From Chromera velia (taxonomy: Eukaryota): a stretch of 20,000 nucleotides of DNA. Shown in pieces: positions 12,816-20,000 of the stretch (positions are counted from its first letter, which is position 1; every line of letters begins with the position of its first letter). Below the pieces are notes generated by a model. The model was not told the DNA's origin. It saw only the letters and a program-made list of their open reading frames with translations, and did not search any database. The translations under genes were made by a program, and so were the position numbers. The stretch covers positions 117,761 through 137,760 of the forward strand of contig JAHBMJ010000035.1 of NCBI GenBank assembly GCA_018398765.1, given 5' to 3'.

Positions 12816-13394
12816 GAGTGTGTATGTGTGTGTGTGTGTGTGTGTGTGAGTGAGTGTGTGCGTGAATGCGTGTGTGTGTGCGTGTGTGTGTGCAGTCTTT
12901 TTTCCCCGTCGTGATGGCAGTGCTGGATGTTCAGTGGTCGAATCACTTGGAGAACATTGCACAACTAAAGCAGACAATAGCAATGAGGGAGTCTCTACGG
13001 ACAGTCTATCGGGGCAGGGAGGCGGACATGATGTCTATCAAGTCTCCTCTCCAGGAGTTCCAGTCGGACTCGGGGACCCTCTACAAACAGTTTGAAAACA
13101 GAGTGGCAAGGTCAGACAGATGATCCGTCTCATGCGAGAAAGAATCAGATTGAGCGGGTGAAAGATCAGATTGAACAGGAGAGAACGAGAGCGAAAGAAG
13201 GGATTGTATTGATATACAGAAGAAAAGGACACCGCAAAAGAGAGATGAATTGAGAGAAGATAGAGAATGAGTTTACCCAGCTCTCGTCGCAGAGAGGAGC
13301 CAAAAGGGACCTCTCCTTCTCTTCCATGTTCAGTCGATGATTTCATATTTGCGTCCTTCCAAAACGCAACCGAACAAATGCTCGCCGCTCGAGC

Positions 13395-13434
<40 letters not shown>

Positions 13435-13789
13435 TTCTGCAGTCCTCTCCCTGCAAGGAAGTATACACACCAGAGAAACTTGAGACCATGACCCCTTCTC
13501 TGTTAGCTCGTTGTCAGCGTGACTGCTAACCTGCTGCATGCCTGCATGCCTGACAGTCTACGCCGCCTCCTCAGGACACGTCCCACACATCTTGTACGAG
13601 GGTCTGCGTCGCACTGGCATCCTTCATTATTTGTTCATAAATCAAAGAGCATGAAGGTGGCGATCACCTTCAAATGAATACATGAGTGCATGCAGGGGTG
13701 TGCTCCGCGGTTTGATGAAGAATTCTCTCGAGAGGCTCCTCCAAATTCGACCGCGTCCAGACCCAGTACCTGTCCCTGTGGCAGCATGA
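2331..13789 (+). CDS. secA: Preprotein translocase ATPase SecA, nucleus-encoded and plastid-targeted; 24 exons, 3153 nt, ~1050 aa
   Basis: Exons: 2331-2447, 2804-2956, 3202-3266, 3639-3922, 4322-4494, 4802-4878, 5077-5314, 5576-5703, 6027-6105, 6452-6520, 6902-7022, 7212-7319, 7642-7806, 8080-8406, 8727-8827, 9100-9173, 9397-9460, 9929-9981, 10876-10940, 11405-11560, 11765-11843, 12047-12194, 12896-13110, 13696-13789. All 23 introns are GT..CAG and the phases are consistent. SecA motifs occur in order: [51 protein letters not shown] (Walker A), [21 protein letters not shown] (Walker B), [86 protein letters not shown]. The last exon ([30 protein letters not shown]) is the least certain. Confidence 0.96.
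6110..6220. repeat. Compound (CT)n-poly(C)-(CT)n-(GT)n microsatellite in secA intron 9
   Basis: Directly visible. Confidence 0.95.
7370..7505. repeat. Compound (GT)n/(CTGT)n/(CT)n-(CG)n-(CT)n microsatellite in secA intron 12
   Basis: Directly visible; a pure CG run lies at ~7474-7490. Confidence 0.95.
10125..10675. repeat. ~550-bp (CTTT)n-based compound microsatellite in secA intron 18
   Basis: Directly visible. It grades through CTTT, CTTG, CT, CTGT, CATT and ATTT units. Confidence 0.97.
12715..12892. repeat. (GT)n-based tract directly upstream of the acceptor of secA exon 23
   Basis: Directly visible; it ends in tgcag at 12891-12895. Confidence 0.95.
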
Positions 13790-13950
13790 GAGGACAAGAG
13801 AAGAAAAGAAAATGCCTTCTGTTTCTCTCTTCCCCACATCTACTTCTCTTTGTGTGTGTGGGTGGAGGCTCACCACTGATCAAAGGGACTGTGAGATTTC
13901 TTTTTAAGTTTAAGGACATGGCGTGCACGCGCCCCCTCCCCCCCCCCCCC

Positions 13951-13953
13951 NNN
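13951..13953. other. Assembly gap or ambiguous bases (nnn) inside a poly-C run
   Basis: Literal 'nnn' in the sequence. Confidence 1.
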
Positions 13954-15060
13954 NCCCCCCAACACACACACACTTACTGACTCACTTATTGCTTGACTGA
14001 CTGACTGACTGACTCATTGATTGACTGTTGATTCGTCCAGGTAAGCGGCGCTGTCAAAGAGACCAGCTCCGCTTCTTTCTGACCTGGTGTGATCTCTCCG
14101 TCGGTCTGTCTCTCTGTGTAACAGGAACGTCAGGTCTTGAATCTCTCAATTAAGTGTATGCGCCTTCCCAGCGAATCCATCCGTCAACTACGGAACGCCC
14201 ATCCGTGACCAGTCGATTTCTTTCCGTTGAGAGAGAGAGAGAGAGGGAGTGTGTTTCCTGCAGGGAATACAGGCCGGCCGATCGAGGGAGGCATCAAAGA
14301 AGTCAATGTGAGTCCGGCAGCCATGTAGTTTGGACCGCCTCTGTGCAGTGCCGCGTAAGTTGTGGCTTCCAGTTAGAGAAGGGGGGGGGAAAGAGGCCAT
14401 CAGGCTGCATGGGTTTGTTCGCTCTTGAAGGTTCCGGCCGACATTCGTGTCCACGTGCCCGATGAATCAATCGATCGATCGTTTAATTCGTCTTTCGCAG
14501 AAGCGTCGACTGTAACAAATCCGCAGTCTCCTGTAACGGTCGTGCGTAGTAGTAGGCACAGAAGTTCTCAGTACCCTGCAAGAGCGATGGGACTAGGAGC
14601 AGTGATGATGCTGCTAGTAGTAGTAGTAGTAGTAGTAGTAGTAGGATCAGTCCTTTGTAACTCTCCCGCGTGTGAAATCAATTGACTCTGGAATCGCATT
14701 GCATTGTCGCAAAGACTAACTCCACCTACACCCAGCTAAGTTGAGCCAATAGTCTGTATTTCGCACTAATTTAAATTTTTGGTGCACGAGCTAGCAATTA
14801 TTTACCTAGTTATTTACAGTAATTTTCTCTAAATGAAAAAGTTTGCACAGTAATTTTCTTTGAAAAAGTTTCTATAATATGTGTGATAGTGATAGTGATT
14901 TAATTGGTACCCTAGGTAGAACACTGTCACCGTTCTACCAGAAGTTGCCTCTGCGAACGGTAAAGGTGCGCCCCATTGCTGAGGCTTCAGACCGCACCCC
15001 GCAGACATTTCAGACTGACATTCTAGAAACAGTTGTTTATTTGATTTTGTTTAAAGCTAG

Positions 15061-15359
15061 TACATCAGTGGGTTAACTTAAAGGGGTATTTTGATAATAA
15101 TTAGGAATTTTCATAGTGACTCTGGATTTCATAATAATTATGGGGGGTCACCTAACTTTGGAAGCCGATTTCTTATCCAAAAATCATGTTCTCAAAAAAC
15201 GGTTTAAACGAGTTGATTTATCTCATAAAGATGAATCTTTTTAGCTGTAAAACTCCTTCAAATTCTCATTTTTTTCATCAAACCACCCATAATGATTATG
15301 AAGAATTTATAGTCACTATAATGGTGCCATAATGATTAACGAGTTAACCCACTGATGTA
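15061..15359. mobile_element. Non-autonomous DNA transposon (MITE), 295 bp, with TA target-site duplication; Tc1/mariner-like
   Basis: TA|CATCAGTGGGTTAACT (15063-15078) and AGTTAACCCACTGATG|TA (15342-15357) form a perfect 16-bp TIR. An imperfect subterminal inverted match lies at 15113-15148 vs 15282-15319. The element is AT-rich with no ORF. Confidence 0.8.
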
Positions 15360-15982
15360 GACTTCATTGTATAGTCTTAACACAATATTAAAAAACTAAT
15401 TAATGTTTATTGACCATCATATCTATATACTAACATATTTGTTTCTATCTTTTGTTTTTTTTTTTTTTGAATAGAAAAATGTAAACAATCACATAAATCA
15501 TAAAAAAAAACAAAAACATGTTGCTACGCTCTCATATACAAGTCCTACTCTCTGAAAGAATGGCTTACACCATGTGACATAATAGTTTTAACTAGAGTTT
15601 TGAAACAAAAACTCTTATTAAAACAGCGCAGGCGATGCACAAACTTACTGCCAAGGGGATAAAAGTAATTCCAGATTCAGAGGGCTATATGTGTAAGCCC
15701 ACCCTCAGCAGTGGATCACGAGGGTTCAACTTCAACCCGGAACATAAACCCTAAATTCAATCCTATATAAAAGGAGTCAACGAGCAAAAAATGGTCATGC
15801 ATGTTAGCTAGTTTTGTAAAGATATGTATATATAACATAATTTCAAAATTTAAAATCGTACATATTAAAATCGTTACAATGTTATTTGAAAAGATTTTTG
15901 AATATACATGAACTGCCACAGTTAAAAGCTATTAAAACCTACTTATAAATTAGTCTCTGCAGCTTTAGACTATCTACTCCTA

Positions 15983-17166
15983 GCATGCAAACAAATATGC
16001 AAACACACAAAAGCATAGAGGTGAACCCAGCTTCCCTTTTGACATGCATGCAAAATCATGCAAACACACAAAAGCACAGAGGTGAACCCAGCTTCCCTTC
16101 TGACATGCAAAATCATGCAAACACACAAAAGCACAGAGGTGAACCCAGCTTCCCTTCTGACATGCAAACACACAAAAGCACAGAGGTGAACCCAGCTTCC
16201 CTTCTGACCTGCAAACACACAAAAGCACAGAGGTGAACCCAGCTTCCCTTCTAACATTCATCATGCAAACACACAAAAGCACCGAGGTGAACCCAGCTTC
16301 CCTTCTGACATGCAAACATACAAAAGCACAGAGGTGAACCCAGCTTCCCTTCTGACATGCAAACACACAAAAGCATAGAGGTGAACCCAGCTTCCCTTCT
16401 GACATGCAAACACACAAAAGCACAGAGGTGAACCCAGCTTCCCTTCTGACATGCAAACACACAAAAGCATAGAGGTGAACCCAGCTTCCCTTCTGACATG
16501 CAAACACATAAAAGCACAGAGGTGAACCCAGCTTCCCTTCTGACATGCAAACACACAAAAGCACAGAGGTGGACCCAGCTTCCCTTCTGACATGCAAAAT
16601 CATGCAAACACACAAAAGCACAGAGGTGAACCCAGCTTCCCTTCTGACATGCAAACACACAAAAGCACAGAGGTGAACCCAGCTTCCCTTCTGACATGCA
16701 AACACACAAAAGCACAGAGGTGAACCCAGCTTCCCTTCTAACATTCAAATAATCATGCAAACACACAAAAGCACCGAGGTGAACCCAGCTTCCCTTCTGA
16801 CATGCATACACACAAACGCATAGAGGTGAACCCAGCTTCCCTTCTGGCATGCAAACACACAAAAGCACAGAGGTGCCGCTCTCTTGTTGAGACTGCAATG
16901 TTCAGATATAAGCAATTGATAGGCGATAAAATGTTCAGCCGTAAATTGCCAATACAAAAACTAGAATCAAGATTTGGCTACATATAAATCATGCAAACAC
17001 ACAAAAGCACAGAGGTGAACCCAGCTTCCCTTCTGACATGCAAACACACAAAAGCACAGAGGTGAACCCAGCTTCCCTTCTGACATGCAAACACACAAAA
17101 GCACAGAGGTGAACCCAGCTTCCCTTCTGACATGCAAACACACAAAAGCATAGAGGTGAACCCAGC
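15983..17166. repeat. 47-bp tandem minisatellite, ~22 copies, interrupted once at ~16876-16985
   Basis: Consensus CATGCAAACACACAAAAGCACAGAGGTGAACCCAGCTTCCCTTCTGA. There are 18 units before the interruption and 4 after it; the last unit of each block is truncated. No unique spacers. Confidence 0.97.
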
Positions 17167-17222
17167 CCTTATCACAGTGTGTGGGTAAACTGTTCTATTA
17201 TGAAATATTAATACATGCAAAG

Positions 17223-17642
17223 TCATCCGCGTACAAGTGACACAGCCGCGAATTTCCAAATCCTTGATGCATCCAACGACTGTGCTTCGTCCCCAAGTGG
17301 GCTCTCCTCTGTGCTCTCTGGAAGCTTCAAGTGGAAAGTACCCTCGATCTTGAAGGCCTTTGTCAAGTGTTCCTTCAGGGCTCCCACGGTCTCGCAGGAG
17401 CTTGCGTCGCTCACTACCTCCACCCTGTCGTCCCCCAGAGGGCACAGCTTCTCCTGGGATCAACATGACGCACCCAGCGTTTTGTCGTTAAGGAGCTGCC
17501 TCACCCCAAGGACGAGGCGTTGCCTCGAGGGAGGGGTGCCTGTTCGCAGCAGCACCTGCCACTTCACTTGCGCGACTGTGGTGTGCTCTTCCACATCGAT
17601 GGGGTAGTCGCCAAGACCAAGACTCTGGACAGTGATCTGCAT
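17223..17642 (-). pseudogene. Intronless tandem ubiquitin-like ORF interrupted by an in-frame TGA (17462-17460); probable pseudogene
   Basis: MQITVQSLGLGDYPIDVEEHTTVAQVKWQVLLRTGTPPSRQRLVLGVRQLLNDKTLGASC is clearly ubiquitin-like (compare MQIFVK..T..L.VE..TI..VK..I....GIPP..QRLIF.G.QL.D..TL). The same frame continues after TGA with SQEKLCPLGDDRVEVVSDASSCETVGALKEHL...LGDEAQSLDASRIWKFAAVSLVRG*, which resembles a second beta-grasp/UBL domain. Confidence 0.7.
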
Positions 17643-18399
17643 CCTCTTGGAAACTTCAATGTACCGATGATTTCTGTGACATGTCGTTGAAAGTGCGACT
17701 GCACGAGCTAAACAAGTCTTCCAAACCTGAGGAATTCAGAGACGAAAGCGAGGTGGCACAAGGGAGTTCAAAAGCCGCAGAATGGCGCTTTGCTTGACCT
17801 GTAATATGATGTGGATCGCTTCAATCATGCAAGCTATAGAGGATTGAGACTCAAATTTGGTATATTAAATATAGTGCATGGTTCAACCATGCAATTTAAA
17901 CGTGTTCATGCATGTGCACATGCTTAAATCTTAAATTTTTGTATCGATTTTCTGCATGGAGACACCCAACTTCGTTGGGTGAGTGCCTCGTTTACGAAAC
18001 CCCTTCCATGCAAGGCTGAGATCGATATTGAAAATCAAGGCGGAAATGGGATGTAAGAATCGCGGTCCGAGGGCCCCTTACACAGCGTCTTGCACTGCCA
18101 TCCGCGAGGATTTGTTTTCTGACCGATATACATGCAGAGTTCGACGCATGCACCACATCCTGCATGCATGCAGCTCTTACAATTCTTCGCTCATCGAATG
18201 CAGTCGATCTGAGAGTCGGACTCAGCGTCGATTCAATGCGTGCATGGTCGTTTCATTGACTGTCTTTTGTGAGCCATTTCAAGAAAACGACAAAGCTGGC
18301 TCTGTCGCAAACACCAGACGAAAAACCAATCCATCACCGAGACAAAAAGGAATGCACCGCTGATCAGTCTGTCAGAAAGAGAGTGCGCCAGTCAATGAT

Positions 18400-18531
18400 A
18401 TGAAACTCATACCAGGAGCACTGCTCTCAGTGCTTGTTTGCATCTTTTGCAGACAGACCAGTGCCATCAGGTGAGTTCCGTTCCGCCCCTTCCTTCCCCT
18501 TTCATGCCTACTTCCCCCCCCAAACTACTGC

Positions 18532-18562
<31 letters not shown>

Positions 18563-18961
18563 CAATGTGCAGGTCCAGGGCTAAGGGAAGCGCAGCAACC
18601 CCAGAGCTTCTTGAGCTGAGTCGCAAAGCCACAGGATCTACCAAATACGAACTGACATCGGAAGGACCGGCTGATGACCATGAGGGCACTCCTGCGAAGA
18701 AAGCCCTCCTCGCAAACCCCTCACCCGATCCTCTCCCTCCAATCTCAGGGGATGTCCTGGAAGTGCAGTCTGACCAGACTCTGGGAGAGGAGAGAGCACA
18801 GATAGGGACAAGCCTCCTGGAGAAAGGTGAGCAGCGCTTCTTATTGAGGCACTCACTCCCTTTTCTTCTGCCTCACTAAAGAACCCACGGCCCTTCTTCT
18901 CCCCTTGAGTCTTGCTGACTCTGCATCGAGATTCTTTTGTCTGTCTGTGTGCCTTTACCAG

Positions 18962-19035
<74 letters not shown>

Positions 19036-19942
19036 TTGTATGTATGTGTTTCGATATTTTTCCCCTCACGACTCTCCACTTTTTCATCCACTGCTGAGCT
19101 CAGTGTTCAGTCTCAGCCGCCTGCTGTGTCAGTGTCAATTTCACCTCCATTTCATGGAACCGTTTCTTTATTTCGGTCTCCTTCTGTGACTGAGGGCAAC
19201 ACGTACAAAGGCGACCAAAGGAATCTGGCTCGAAGCAAAATATGCAAAGCAACTTTTTTTATGTACACCGGGCGGACAGATGCAGTAACGCAAGAGGTTG
19301 CATGGTTTTGAAAAGTACATTTTGCTGATTTCTGCAGAGGGCGGGCAGGCACAGCAGGGTGGGCAGGCTCAAGCCAAGGGCGCAGAAGAGGAGGGGAACG
19401 AGACAACCCTCCAAAAAGTGGATAAAGGGAAAAAGAACATCAGGGCGGGGCAGTCGGGTGTCGTCAAGTAAGTTTTTCTCTTCAGTCTTCCTGGTGCGCT
19501 CTTACTTTCTATGGGTCCTTTCTTTCGTTCCGTCCTTGCTTCCTTCGTTTCTTTCTTCCTCCCTCTTTTCTCTTTCTTCCGCCATACAAATTGGAAGGAG
19601 AGCCGGTGGATTCCCGCGTAGGGTCCAAGAAGGGGTCGCTGCTCAATTTGAGGTGCAAACGGGTGGTCGATTTACAGATGGAGGCATGAGGCAGAGAATC
19701 ATGTGCAGAGGTTTAAGAGAGAGAGAGCGTGTGTGTTGTTTTTCTGCAGCCAAGCAGGGGGTGTGCTGGGGATGATGGATCCGACAGGGTGCACATCCAT
19801 CGGCCTCTACCTGATGTTCCTCTTCGAGGGCGAGGACGACTATCCGTTCTTCCCCATTTGCAACGGGGGTCAGTGGTCGGGGTTGGAAGGAGGGGCCTTT
19901 GCCGAGAAAAGCAGCAAGGCAGGCACTTCCCGAACGCTTGGT
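18400..19942 (+). CDS. Spliced gene for a hypothetical secreted protein; first four exons, continuing beyond the window
   Basis: Exons 18400-18470 (MKLIPGALLSVLVCIFCRQTSA-IR, signal peptide), 18573-18826, 19338-19467 and 19750-~19942 join in frame with phases 2, 1 and 2. Donors are gtgagt, gtgagc and gtaagt, and all acceptors are tgcag. The family was not recognised. Confidence 0.75.
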
Positions 19943-19963
19943 GTGAGTGTGTGTGTGTGTGTG

Positions 19964-20000
<37 letters not shown>

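Noticed and set aside
13111..13123. secA ending at TGA 13121-13123 without a further exon
   Set aside because: Donor gtcaga at 13111 and an in-frame tgcag exon at 13696 complete the expected C-terminal helix. This is preferred but not proven.
2331..13789. Bacterial contamination or fragmented secA pseudogene
   Set aside because: All fragments splice in frame through GT-AG introns with no internal stops, and a eukaryotic targeting presequence is present.
14425..14685. ORF with a poly-Val TM segment
   Set aside because: The poly-Val is the (TAG)n microsatellite at ~14615-14643; no other coding support.
15430..15525. Inverted T-rich/A-rich arms as a fold-back element or retro poly(A) tail
   Set aside because: Low complexity, with no TSD or identifiable body.
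14973..15714. Inverted match CCATTGCTGAGG (14973-14984) / CCTCAGCAGTGG (15703-15714) as TIRs of an outer element
   Set aside because: Only 11 of 12 bases match, the match does not extend, and there is no TSD; compatible with chance.
15970..16898. Cys-rich repeat proteins (254 aa and 215 aa ORFs, minus strand)
   Set aside because: They are translations of the 47-bp unit cycling through three frames. A 47-mer lacking stops on one strand is not rare enough to imply coding.
15983..17166. CRISPR array
   Set aside because: Units abut head-to-tail with no unique spacers, there are no cas genes, and the context is eukaryotic.
14740..17985. Fanzor/TnpB, Helitron or Polinton autonomous element
   Set aside because: No RuvC, Rep/helicase, integrase or polymerase ORF, and no diagnostic termini.
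19965..20000. Telomere or G-quadruplex element
   Set aside because: Plain poly-G homopolymer inside an intron, similar to the poly-C runs elsewhere; its length is unreliable.

Overview
Eukaryotic nuclear DNA, intron-rich and microsatellite-rich. Most ORFs in the supplied track are artefacts of simple repeats. Manual splicing gives one complete 24-exon gene (2331-13789, +). It encodes a ~1050-aa SecA translocase ATPase with a signal peptide plus Phe-initiated transit peptide, i.e. a nucleus-encoded protein aimed at a complex red-type plastid. The host is plausibly a chromerid-like alga such as Chromera (inference only). Head-to-head with secA is a small two-TM membrane protein gene on the minus strand. 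The first four exons of a secreted protein gene lie at the right end. Between secA and that gene is a compositionally distinct, AT-rich ~3.2 kb island (~14740-17980). It holds a structured GC-rich segment, a TA-flanked MITE, a ~22-copy 47-bp minisatellite with higher-order duplication, an intronless tandem ubiquitin-like ORF split by one in-frame TGA, and a palindrome cluster. No CRISPR array, rRNA, tRNA or transposase ORF is supportable.
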